A stretch of DNA of 64,000 bases, taken from Shigella phage Sf22. The translations under genes were made by a program, and so were the position numbers. The stretch lies in the sequence record MF158045. The stretch is one strand, 5' to 3'. The notes below the pieces were generated by a model. The model made no database searches. It saw only the letters and a program-made list of their open reading frames with translations, and had not been told where the DNA came from. Shown here piece by piece: positions 27,891-36,049 of the stretch (position 1 is its first letter; every line of letters begins with the position of its first letter).

Positions 27891-27920
27891 ACTATAACAT
27901 TTTTACTTTAACTTGTAAAC
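27891..27920 (-). promoter_or_regulatory. T4-type early promoter upstream of srd-position ORF
   Basis: Minus strand GTTTAC, 18 nt, TATAGT. Confidence 0.55.
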
Positions 27921-27933
27921 AACTTTATGTAAA

Positions 27934-27960
27934 AATGCTTTAAAAATTTCATGGTATAAT
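27934..27960 (+). promoter_or_regulatory. Plus-strand MotA-box plus extended -10 promoter-like element, antisense to modA
   Basis: Plus strand AATGCTTTA (MotA box), 12 nt, TGgTATAAT. Confidence 0.4.
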
Positions 27961-27977
27961 GAATCTAAGTCCTTCCA

Positions 27978-28580
27978 TTATAGATTAAATCCTTCAAAAT
28001 CAAGAGTATAGATAGTGTATGTTGAATACTTTTTGTACTCATATCTATCTGCAATTTTAAATACACTTCCAGCTGGTATCATTACTTCTTGTTCATCTGA
28101 AACTAATTCCATATTACGATAACGATGGCTATCCGGAAACTTAAAGTTTGGATTGTATTCTTTACAGCGTAGAGCTTTTATAGCATACTCCTGGAAATTG
28201 AATACCATAGGAGCTTTGAATTCAAAAATAACTTGTGTGTTATACTCTAAACCGGAAGCAAAATGTAGAGCTATATTTTTATCATATGAAGCTGATACTA
28301 CTTTATCAAATGTAATAATATCAATTCCTTGATTTAATATTTGTTTAGTCTCAACTGGAACACCTCTCCAAAGAGGTTTATCGTTTGGAACCAAACGAGA
28401 TTTGATTATTTCATTTAACCAAGTATGGTCATCTGGCTTATTAGTAATACAATGAATTAAAAGTTCAATTTCAGATAAATTAAACCCTTCAGAAAGTAAT
28501 TCTTCACGAATAGAAGCACGCACCGATGCATCCATTGATTTTATTTTAAAATCTTTTAGTTGCATTACTGAGTATTTCAT
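27978..28580 (-). CDS. modA: ADP-ribosyltransferase ModA
   Basis: 200 aa (T4 ModA 200 aa); ART-like R...S...E-x-E pattern (LWRG, QEVMIPAG). Confidence 0.8.
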   Translation of the reverse strand: MKYSVMQLKDFKIKSMDASVRASIREELLSEGFNLSEIELLIHCITNKPDDHTWLNEIIKSRLVPNDKPLWRGVPVETKQILNQGIDIITFDKVVSASYDKNIALHFASGLEYNTQVIFEFKAPMVFNFQEYAIKALRCKEYNPNFKFPDSHRYRNMELVSDEQEVMIPAGSVFKIADRYEYKKYSTYTIYTLDFEGFNL

Positions 28581-29200
28581 TCAACTACCTCAATATCATA
28601 AACTTTAAATGTTCCAAATGAATCGTGTAATTTTTCTTTTGAAATAGAAGTTATTTTATACTTTCCAATTGGAATCATCCATTCTTGTTCATGTACAATC
28701 ATCATTAAGTTATCAGTACGCTCTGAATCTAATCCATCAGTATCTTCATACGTGTACTTAAACTCAGTATTAGGAGAAGAAAGTATAATATCGCTGATAT
28801 GGTCAGAGTAATTAAAAGCTTTATCAGTTTTTAAACGAAGTATTGTTTCAGTGAAATATTCAGCATAAGAAAAAGAACACGCTGTATGCAAACTAGTAGT
28901 AAATGAATCTACCCTGTTCGTTGAAAACACTTCTCCAACTTGTAAATCTTTAATAAGTTCTTTTGTCGATTTTGATATACCACGATATAACTGATAAGGC
29001 GATTTAGTTAAATGCTTTTTAATGATTTTATTCAATTGCCGATGAAGAGCTTCATTCTTTTTAGCTTCCATACATTGCCAAAGAACAGACTGCTCAAAAT
29101 CAGTAAATTTTTCACAGACCTTTTTATACATATCATATTGAAAATCAACGCTTTCAGCTTTTATAGATAACTGTTCAACATCTGCAAGATTAATAATCAT
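28577..29200 (-). CDS. modB: ADP-ribosyltransferase ModB
   Basis: 207 aa (T4 ModB 207 aa); paralog of modA (LYRGIS, QEWMIPIG); early promoter upstream. Confidence 0.8.
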   Translation of the reverse strand: MIINLADVEQLSIKAESVDFQYDMYKKVCEKFTDFEQSVLWQCMEAKKNEALHRQLNKIIKKHLTKSPYQLYRGISKSTKELIKDLQVGEVFSTNRVDSFTTSLHTACSFSYAEYFTETILRLKTDKAFNYSDHISDIILSSPNTEFKYTYEDTDGLDSERTDNLMMIVHEQEWMIPIGKYKITSISKEKLHDSFGTFKVYDIEVVE

Positions 29201-29226
29201 GATAGCCTCCGTATACTTCAGAAGCT

Positions 29227-29256
29227 ATCATATCATCGTTAGAAAGGAAAGTAAAC
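29227..29256 (-). promoter_or_regulatory. T4-type early promoter upstream of modB
   Basis: Minus strand GTTTAC, 18 nt, TATGAT. Confidence 0.6.
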
Positions 29257-29267
29257 AACTTTTTGAA

Positions 29268-29450
29268 TTATTTTGCCCAGGGAGCCCAGGGCGGAGGGTC
29301 AAGATGGTATGAAGCTAGTTCTTCTAGAAGAGCATCTGGGGCTTCAATTCCATAATTCTGTAATACTATACGGTACTCTTTCTTATAATCACTAGAATCA
29401 TTCTGGATATTCGTAGAATGATTATCTTCTAACATCTCAAATAAATCCAT
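29268..29450 (-). CDS. Hypothetical protein (60 aa)
   Basis: ORF track. Confidence 0.45.
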   Translation of the reverse strand: MDLFEMLEDNHSTNIQNDSSDYKKEYRIVLQNYGIEAPDALLEELASYHLDPPPWAPWAK

Positions 29451-29458
29451 ATTAATTC

Positions 29459-29929
29459 CTAGCGATAAAAACCAAAGTGACGATTAGCTTCAACAATCTT
29501 TCTTTCTTCTTCAGACATTCTCCAGCGTAGTCCAACATCAAAATGAGCCCAGACCATCTTAACAAATGCGTTTATATCTTTAATATCTTCAATAATGAAT
29601 GTTTTACTTTTAGAAGGTTGACTCGCTAATTTAACTTTATCGTCTTCAAACATGTCAAAAAGACCATATTCATGAGCTCTTTTATAGCCTTTAATAGTTA
29701 AAGCTTCAGAAGAAGAAAATGGTGAATCTGTATTCTGCAAAATATCTTCAGTATGCTTTATAATTAGAATAACATTTTCTGGATATTTTCTTTCTTTTAT
29801 ATCTTTAATTAAAATATCCGGATTTTCTGCTAAAGGAATAATTAACGAGCATTTTTTATCAAGTGTATTTACTGATTTACCTTCTTTAGACATAAATTCT
29901 ATTGAATATAATTTTGCTACTTCAATCAT
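29459..29929 (-). CDS. Hypothetical protein (156 aa)
   Basis: ORF track. Confidence 0.5.
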   Translation of the reverse strand: MIEVAKLYSIEFMSKEGKSVNTLDKKCSLIIPLAENPDILIKDIKERKYPENVILIIKHTEDILQNTDSPFSSSEALTIKGYKRAHEYGLFDMFEDDKVKLASQPSKSKTFIIEDIKDINAFVKMVWAHFDVGLRWRMSEEERKIVEANRHFGFYR

Positions 29930-30082
29930 GTGATTTCCTTTTGCCTACTAATGGACCGTCAGGAATTTTGTTTTCCTGAATGTATTTCTCATTTTCTTCC
30001 ATCATTTTACTACCGATTTTAAGAAGCAAATCTAAGGCTTCATTTGCTTTAGCTTTAGCCTCTTCTAACGTCATGTTCTTGT

Positions 30083-30286
30083 TCATGATTTATCCCCATA
30101 GATATCTCTCATCAATTTAAGTGCTGAGCGTTCTAATTTCTTTTCTTTCTCAGCACTAATCATTGATTTCATCCATTCTTCCGATTCGTTCTGCATTTCT
30201 TTATTTGCCTGTTCAACCCAACCATCGTCAATATACATTGAGTTTGGTCTACTGAACCATTCAAGCATCTTCTTCAGAACTTTCAT
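30083..30286 (-). CDS. Hypothetical protein (67 aa)
   Basis: ORF track. Confidence 0.45.
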   Translation of the reverse strand: MKVLKKMLEWFSRPNSMYIDDGWVEQANKEMQNESEEWMKSMISAEKEKKLERSALKLMRDIYGDKS

Positions 30287-30746
30287 TTGTTTTACCTAAA
30301 ACAATAGTAGGAGCATCGTCAAATTCATGAATTTTTAGCAATTTTGGATTTAAATTATTCCATACATAATAAATAAAGTATGATAAAGCATCTTCACTCG
30401 CAATTATAAATTTATTTCCTTCATTTATTTTCCAGTCATATACTGAATCGTACGAATAAAAAGATAAAGGATTACCATTATATTGTTCTGCGCTAACATT
30501 AATGTATTCGGATTTAGTAAATGCTTCAATTGCTCTAAACGGACTATTTGGCACAGTTTCAATAATTCCGATCTTTTTAAGTTTTATTTCAACATCTTCT
30601 GGAACTGGCATTGAAACGAAATTTTCTACGAGATACATAGGGTTACAATAACCCTTATCAATCACTACGGCTACAGTAATTGGAACATCTTTAGCAAACG
30701 ACATGCTATTACTGCTAATATACATTTCAAACAAAATCGCTTCCAT
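30261..30746 (-). CDS. Hypothetical protein (161 aa)
   Basis: ORF track. Confidence 0.5.
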   Translation of the reverse strand: MEAILFEMYISSNSMSFAKDVPITVAVVIDKGYCNPMYLVENFVSMPVPEDVEIKLKKIGIIETVPNSPFRAIEAFTKSEYINVSAEQYNGNPLSFYSYDSVYDWKINEGNKFIIASEDALSYFIYYVWNNLNPKLLKIHEFDDAPTIVLGKTNESSEEDA

Positions 30747-30754
30747 AATTTTCC

Positions 30755-31249
30755 TCAGTCACAAGATGTAGATGAACAACCAGAATCACAAGAACTTCCA
30801 CATGAATCACCAGTCCAAGAACTAACAGCCGTGACTGTTATAATAGGAGCGGTATCGATATAGCTTTCTGAACGTCTTGAATCTAAATGTTCTTTTAACT
30901 TTTTAGAATTCAATGGAAGCGCACCTGCACCAACATTACCAGCTTTTTCTGGTTGACGAATAATTTCTTCCATCGTATCGTCGCTCGCATAAACATTAGT
31001 ATCATATGAATCAGAACTAGACTGTGTATTAGATGATGTAGTAGGTACTGACCAGCGCCAAGGATTTTTATAATATTCTTGGGCTTCTTCATAAGTCATA
31101 GTAACTGCTTCTACTGTTCCATCTCCCATATAAACATATTCAACTACAGTTAAAGGAAGATAGTCATTTGAAATAGGAACTACACCTTCTCCCGGAGTTG
31201 TAGAGAAAAAATCTGTAAAGAAATTTTTAAACCAATTAAAGATAAACAT
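30755..31249 (-). CDS. Hypothetical protein (164 aa) with Cys/Ser-rich C-terminal tail
   Basis: ORF track; C-terminus [17 protein letters not shown]. Confidence 0.5.
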   Translation of the reverse strand: MFIFNWFKNFFTDFFSTTPGEGVVPISNDYLPLTVVEYVYMGDGTVEAVTMTYEEAQEYYKNPWRWSVPTTSSNTQSSSDSYDTNVYASDDTMEEIIRQPEKAGNVGAGALPLNSKKLKEHLDSRRSESYIDTAPIITVTAVSSWTGDSCGSSCDSGCSSTSCD

Positions 31250-31455
31250 TACAAAAAGCCTCTTTTGAATTCGACCTGCTTCTCACCATAATCATATCGA
31301 ATCTCTGCGTTAAATTCAACAGAACCATCTGCGTACATCATAAATGAATGCACAACAACTTCTGTAGACCATGGTTGCAATTCATATTTCTTCATTACAT
31401 GCCGTGAAATGATAATATCTAAATCTTCATTTGGTTTAATCCAACGATTTAACAT
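31249..31455 (-). CDS. Hypothetical protein (68 aa)
   Basis: ORF track; consensus early promoter and UUCG hairpin upstream. Confidence 0.5.
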   Translation of the reverse strand: MLNRWIKPNEDLDIIISRHVMKKYELQPWSTEVVVHSFMMYADGSVEFNAEIRYDYGEKQVEFKRGFL

Positions 31456-31481
31456 AGTGCTCTCCTCTATAAGATAATTCT

Positions 31482-31511
31482 ATTATACCATACTCATTTT
31501 GATATGTAAAC
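31482..31511 (-). promoter_or_regulatory. T4-type early promoter upstream of ORF 31249-31455
   Basis: Minus strand GTTTAC, 18 nt, TGgTATAAT. Confidence 0.7.
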
Positions 31512-31520
31512 CATTTAAAT

Positions 31521-31545
31521 GAAAAAGGACTCCCGAAGGAGTCCT
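31521..31545 (-). terminator. UUCG-loop hairpin downstream of soc
   Basis: Minus strand GGACUCC-UUCG-GGAGUCC then U-rich tail; followed by an early promoter. Confidence 0.55.
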
Positions 31546-31553
31546 TAAATTAT

Positions 31554-31811
31554 TTAACCACCTACACCTGGTGTAGGTGTAACAGTCCAAAGACCTTCAT
31601 TAGCAGTGATCCATTCAGTACGCTGATTTTCTTCATATACTGTAGAATATGCTGCTTTTTCAGAAGGGAATGTCTGATAATGAGCACCAGAAATTTTGTG
31701 AACATCAGAATAAAGAGGGAAAGCTACAGAAATTTCTTTACCCTGAATTGTACCACCATCAACTGCTTGGTCAAATGTTTTGATATTAACATAACCGCGA
31801 GTACTAGCCAT
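31554..31811 (-). CDS. soc: Small outer capsid protein Soc
   Basis: 85 aa, MASTRGYVNIKTF...KEISVAFPLYSDVHKISGAHYQTFPSEKAAYSTVYEENQRTEW matches T4 Soc as recalled; late promoter TATAAATA upstream. Confidence 0.9.
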   Translation of the reverse strand: MASTRGYVNIKTFDQAVDGGTIQGKEISVAFPLYSDVHKISGAHYQTFPSEKAAYSTVYEENQRTEWITANEGLWTVTPTPGVGG

Positions 31812-31827
31812 GTAATTCTCCTTTTAT

Positions 31828-32037
31828 TTAAATTACATGATTATTTATAATAAATTCTCGCGGAACGTTAAAATACCCGATTTTAGTTAATATAACAACA
31901 TCACCGTTAATAATTACCGGAGAATAATCTTCTGGAGCATTAAATTTCCAATGGGCTCTAATATTATATCCATCAGAACCAAATGCTCGAGTAGCCGGTC
32001 TCCCGGCTTTTTGCCACGCGTAGAAATCAAATTTCAT
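31828..32037 (-). CDS. Hypothetical protein (69 aa)
   Basis: ORF track. Confidence 0.45.
   Translation of the reverse strand: MKFDFYAWQKAGRPATRAFGSDGYNIRAHWKFNAPEDYSPVIINGDVVILTKIGYFNVPREFIINNHVI
31842..31849 (-). promoter_or_regulatory. T4-type late promoter (TATAAATA) for soc
   Basis: Exact TATAAATA on minus strand about 30 nt upstream of the soc ATG. Confidence 0.7.
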
Positions 32038-32228
32038 TTTGAATGCTCTATAATTAATTTTAAAGCTTCTTCACTGACAAAAATTTCGTCAGGACCTTCT
32101 ATAACTTCAACCATACGAAGTTGATTAGTTAAGAGCTCACATACGAGCTCCTTGTTATAATCTTTAAATAGCTGGTCAATACGTTTCTTGTGGGCTTTCT
32201 TAAGCTGGCGTTTATTTAAACGAGCCAT
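32034..32228 (-). CDS. Hypothetical protein (64 aa)
   Basis: ORF track; stop/start overlaps on both sides. Confidence 0.45.
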   Translation of the reverse strand: MARLNKRQLKKAHKKRIDQLFKDYNKELVCELLTNQLRMVEVIEGPDEIFVSEEALKLIIEHSK

Positions 32229-32746
32229 TAATAACCTCGGTCTTGACGAGCGAAGTTTTCAGCATTTTTCAGATAATAAAGTTTAAAGATTTCTTCAGCC
32301 GTAAGACCGAGACCTTGGAACATGTTCAGAACGAAATGAAGAATATCAATCATTTCGAATTTAATTTCCAACTGGTCTTGTGGAGACAAATCAGTAATTA
32401 AAGTTTCACGACGTTCACCATGTTGAGCTTTCCAAGGCTTCCATACAGCAGATGCATCTTTTTCGCCATTGCTCATACCACCAAGAGAAGTCAATAGTTC
32501 GCGGAATTCATCATCAATATAATCTTTCTGATTACGCAGCCAATCAACAACTTCACCCGCAGTAGCCAAATCATCAGGATGACGGTTATATTCAGGTTTA
32601 TCTTTAGCTAAACGAACCTGAAGAGATTTCTGCATATCAAGCATAACTTGCAGCGGGTCTTTTTCATCACCGAGAATATCCCAGTATTCATTTTGAGCTT
32701 TATCAGCGCCTTCAATCAGTTGTGAACATTCATTAAAGTATGCCAT
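32228..32746 (-). CDS. 56: dCTP pyrophosphatase gp56 (MazG-like)
   Basis: Internal start MAYFNECSQLIEG gives 172 aa (T4 gp56 171 aa); the ORF-track 5-prime extension is unlikely. Confidence 0.8.
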   Translation of the reverse strand: MAYFNECSQLIEGADKAQNEYWDILGDEKDPLQVMLDMQKSLQVRLAKDKPEYNRHPDDLATAGEVVDWLRNQKDYIDDEFRELLTSLGGMSNGEKDASAVWKPWKAQHGERRETLITDLSPQDQLEIKFEMIDILHFVLNMFQGLGLTAEEIFKLYYLKNAENFARQDRGY

Positions 32747-32817
32747 TATTTTTCCTTTCAATTCATGGGTTAGTAGATTAATTATACAATAAATATATAA
32801 AGCAATAAGGAGGACAT

Positions 32818-33018
32818 ATGGTACAAAAATTAATGGCACTTGTTAATGCCATAAAAGGTAATAAAAAACGTATAGCTTTTACTATTTCTGCTATGGTAGG
32901 AATTTTACTCTGGAACTTTATTCTATCACCTGTTGCAATTGCGCATGGTATTAATATTCCAGTAGTTACTCTTGATACATTTGTAGATTTAGCATTTGCT
33001 TTAGTTGGGTTGATTTAA
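32818..33018 (+). CDS. Small membrane protein (66 aa) on plus strand
   Basis: Strong SD AAGGAGG 6 nt before ATG; two predicted hydrophobic helices; only plus-strand ORF with a good RBS in the early region. Confidence 0.5.
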   Translation: MVQKLMALVNAIKGNKKRIAFTISAMVGILLWNFILSPVAIAHGINIPVVTLDTFVDLAFALVGLI

Positions 33019-34043
33019 ATCTTAGCATATTTAGATAGCCGCATTTTAGCCATCAACCCTTGGGCAATATTATTTTTCATATATTCCATAATTTGTTTAG
33101 GGGTTGCACCTTCCTTTCTAATCATATCATTGACATCTTTTGATTTCCAGGGAGATTTATCCCAAAACATAACCCTTTCTCCTGCATCAACTAATTTAGT
33201 CATTCGCTTAATAGTGTCAGGATGACGAGGTTCATTATCTAAAACCCACACACGTCTATCTTTAAATGGAACAACTTCTAGGTCTAATTGACCACCCGTA
33301 ATAGCTATACCATTTTCAATAAAAAGTGAATCTATAGGTCCTTCTAGAACATATACATCACCATCTTTAACTCGTTCGACTCCATAGATTTTTGTTGCTT
33401 CAGGATAAGCTTTGATGGTGATATATTTTTGAGGAGCATCTTTCTTTAATGCACGTCCTTGAAAAGACTCAGCTTTTCCATTAGCATTATAAATTGGAAT
33501 AACAAGACGAGGCTCAGAAATTTCCTTTTTGTATGTTCCTGGTGCTATGCTATTAACTAATTTAGGCCATTCGGTTGTAAACCAAAGATATTTCCATTTA
33601 TCCTTTGGAATACAACGAGCTTTTACATATTTTATAATTGCATGGTCTTCCGCCAGTTTATCTAATCGAACACATGACGGAAGAGATTTAATTATTTTCT
33701 TCTCAGGTTGTTTAGGAAGTTCTTTAGGTTTTTCTACTGGACGACTTTTACCTTTTTCTTTTCTTATTTCAAAGATATACTCACGATATAAATCAGGTTC
33801 AAACTCCTTTAAATATATTCCGATTGGTGCATGATAGTTACAGTTATAACAATGAATATTTCCTTCATTATTATCACCATAATACCATCCACGAGCTTTA
33901 TTCTGGTCGGTTTTTGAATCTCCACAAACAGGACATCTAAACCGTAATTTAAAAGTTGAACTATTATTTACTTGTGTGAATTTAGGTAAATGAGCTAATG
34001 CACGGTATGCAAACTCATTATCAATCCAAGGTATTGATGACAT
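33015..34043 (-). CDS. 61: DNA primase gp61
   Basis: 342 aa (T4 gp61 342 aa); N-terminal zinc ribbon CPVCGDS...CYNCNYH. Confidence 0.9.
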   Translation of the reverse strand: MSSIPWIDNEFAYRALAHLPKFTQVNNSSTFKLRFRCPVCGDSKTDQNKARGWYYGDNNEGNIHCYNCNYHAPIGIYLKEFEPDLYREYIFEIRKEKGKSRPVEKPKELPKQPEKKIIKSLPSCVRLDKLAEDHAIIKYVKARCIPKDKWKYLWFTTEWPKLVNSIAPGTYKKEISEPRLVIPIYNANGKAESFQGRALKKDAPQKYITIKAYPEATKIYGVERVKDGDVYVLEGPIDSLFIENGIAITGGQLDLEVVPFKDRRVWVLDNEPRHPDTIKRMTKLVDAGERVMFWDKSPWKSKDVNDMIRKEGATPKQIMEYMKNNIAQGLMAKMRLSKYAKI

Positions 34044-34046
34044 TTT

Positions 34047-34211
34047 TACTCTTCTTTTTCTTTAGATTCCTCTTTTTTCTTTTTAGGAATCTGCTCAGGG
34101 CCTTTATTTACTACAGCGCCTGACGTTGTTCCAGTAGAGATATTTTCAGGATTACCACCTGAATCTCCAGCGACCATATCTTCTTTAATAAATTCTTTAT
34201 ATGTTTTCATA
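34047..34211 (-). CDS. Small hypothetical protein (54 aa), Lys/Glu-rich C-terminus
   Basis: Manual translation MKTYKEFIKEDMVAGDSGGNPENISTG... Confidence 0.35.
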
Positions 34212-34256
34212 TTAACCTCTATTCATAAAAGCATTAAAAATTTGGTCATCAATAGA
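34211..34256. repeat. 46-bp direct repeat, copy 1 (3-prime end of 61.1-like ORF)
   Basis: ATTAACCTCTATTCATAAAAGCATTAAAAATTTGGTCATCAATAGA, one mismatch to the copy at 34569-34614. Confidence 0.9.
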
Positions 34257-34568
34257 TGGAATAGCAACCTTTTCGGCATCATTTAGCAAATCATTAATTT
34301 CATCAGATAGCATAACACATGTGCCTTTATTTCCTGTAATTGTTACTGCACAATTACGAACGTTTTCTTTATCAAATTTTAGGTTAATATTTTCGTAGTG
34401 AAAATCCTTTAATGCCGAATATATCTTTAAAATGAAATTGTCTTTTACTACAATAAACCCAACTTCACTATTAAAACGTGGTTCATGGAAACTGTAATAA
34501 ACCTTTTCATCTATAAAATCGTATGAAATTTTTTCCATTTTTAAATATGAAAATTCAGAACTATACAT
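34212..34568 (-). CDS. Hypothetical protein (118 aa), 61.1-like
   Basis: ORF track; C-terminus SIDDQIFNAFMNRG shared with the next ORF. Confidence 0.5.
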   Translation of the reverse strand: MYSSEFSYLKMEKISYDFIDEKVYYSFHEPRFNSEVGFIVVKDNFILKIYSALKDFHYENINLKFDKENVRNCAVTITGNKGTCVMLSDEINDLLNDAEKVAIPSIDDQIFNAFMNRG

Positions 34569-34614
34569 ATTAACCTTTATTCATAAAAGCATTAAAAATT
34601 TGGTCATCAATAGA
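34569..34614. repeat. 46-bp direct repeat, copy 2 (3-prime end of 61.2-like ORF)
   Basis: Near-identical to 34211-34256. Confidence 0.9.
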
Positions 34615-35196
34615 AACATTTACTTTAGACTGTTTTTCAGATGGCAATTCATATCCACATATTACAATTTTATGATCAATATTAAAATACACAGAAGCAA
34701 TATGATTAATGATATTTTCAGTGAAGTCTAAATCGACATCAATATCTTTTTGACCAAAGCCCAAAGGATAAATAATGCGAGTAATTCGATTATCTTTAAC
34801 AAAGATTCCACCGACATACTCTGTACTGCGTTTAAAGTCTACACGCCGACGAAATGAAAAATATTCAGGCTCTCTATGAGCTCGGCTCATAGGACACAAC
34901 GAGTAACTAGAATAAGAGATGTCAAATCCTACACCTTCGATATGAGCCAAAGTGTTATGATTAAACCAATTATAATCGTACGCCAAATCCATTAGATTAT
35001 AATATGTAAAAGGCACCGGATTAACATCATTAGTCACAAGCATGTAATTAGCAACTGCTATAATTTCATTGTTTTTAACGAATACAAACCGTGATTGATG
35101 CGAATGACCTGGACCCGCGTTTTCACGATTAATGATATAACACTGGGCACCTTTATATTTGTATGTATCTTTGCACTTGTGCATTTGATAGAGCAT
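34570..35196 (-). CDS. Hypothetical protein (208 aa), 61.2-like
   Basis: ORF track; C-terminus SIDDQIFNAFMNKG shared with the previous ORF. Confidence 0.55.
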   Translation of the reverse strand: MLYQMHKCKDTYKYKGAQCYIINRENAGPGHSHQSRFVFVKNNEIIAVANYMLVTNDVNPVPFTYYNLMDLAYDYNWFNHNTLAHIEGVGFDISYSSYSLCPMSRAHREPEYFSFRRRVDFKRSTEYVGGIFVKDNRITRIIYPLGFGQKDIDVDLDFTENIINHIASVYFNIDHKIVICGYELPSEKQSKVNVSIDDQIFNAFMNKG

Positions 35197-35489
35197 TATT
35201 CACCTACCACTTCAGCGATGATATTTTTGTTATTAAAGTTTTTATCGCAATACAGAACATAATTATACTGCATTACACCACCAGACTTAAGTTGTTTTTG
35301 CACTTCAGCTTTCATTTCAGGACGATCACGCTCAACGATATTCATAATATCCGCTTCAATTTGAGTTTCAACTTCAGTCTGATCCGCAGTCATAGACCAT
35401 TCGCACAAATCTTTATCATAACCTGCCATAGCAGGCTGAGCAGCACAAGAAGCTAAAGCAAAAATTGTGGCAAAGATAAATTTTTTCAT
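35196..35489 (-). CDS. sp: Spackle periplasmic protein (superinfection exclusion, gp5 lysozyme inhibitor)
   Basis: 97 aa with signal peptide MKKFIFATIFALASCAAQPAMA; position between 61 and 41; T4 Sp is 97 aa. Confidence 0.75.
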   Translation of the reverse strand: MKKFIFATIFALASCAAQPAMAGYDKDLCEWSMTADQTEVETQIEADIMNIVERDRPEMKAEVQKQLKSGGVMQYNYVLYCDKNFNNKNIIAEVVGE

Positions 35490-35549
35490 GATAATCTCCT
35501 CAGTAGTTTATGTTTATATAGTATCTCAATTTCCAACAAAAATAAACAG

Positions 35550-35849
35550 TTATTTTAAAACTTCTGCGTAATCACATGTTACAAACTGTTTCTCTAGCTT
35601 AACGATCTTACGAAAATACCTTTTACACTGACGAATCTGTCGCTTCGTAGGACGTACAGCAAACTTAATAAATTCCACTAGACCAAATGGAGGACTTTCT
35701 TCTGCTGGAATATCTAACACCAATTCCCACGTATCTGCAATAAGTGCTTTGAATTGCGTATTTTTCCTGACGTTATACGGAGTAGGTTTAAATAAAACAA
35801 TATGCATATTATCCTCGGCAATCCACTTCGCACACTTTCTTGTCATCAA
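35550..35849 (-). CDS. Hypothetical protein (99 aa), 61.4-like
   Basis: ORF track; position. Confidence 0.5.
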   Translation of the reverse strand: MMTRKCAKWIAEDNMHIVLFKPTPYNVRKNTQFKALIADTWELVLDIPAEESPPFGLVEFIKFAVRPTKRQIRQCKRYFRKIVKLEKQFVTCDYAEVLK

Positions 35850-35991
35850 TGAAAGCTTTAACTAATGCTTTATTAACTTCAGCATACTGAGTAGTAGCCC
35901 ATTGAACGTCATCTTTCATCATTGTGGTTTCTTTAGTAAACATGCTTTCATTCTTAAACCACCCCATAAAAACTACCTTTACCAATTCCAT
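35809..35991 (-). CDS. dmd: Dmd antitoxin (inhibitor of host RnlA/LsoA toxins)
   Basis: 60 aa, MELVKVVFMGWFKNESMFTKE...; size and position adjacent to gene 41 match T4 Dmd. Confidence 0.8.
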   Translation of the reverse strand: MELVKVVFMGWFKNESMFTKETTMMKDDVQWATTQYAEVNKALVKAFIDDKKVCEVDCRG

Positions 35992-36049
35992 AACAATCTC
36001 CTCATTTAACCAACAAGACTACTATACCATAGTCTCGTCAGCTTGTAAA

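Noticed and set aside
30910-31092. 60-aa ORF nested within ORF 30755-31249
   Set aside because: It is fully nested in an alternate frame of a longer ORF and has no independent support.
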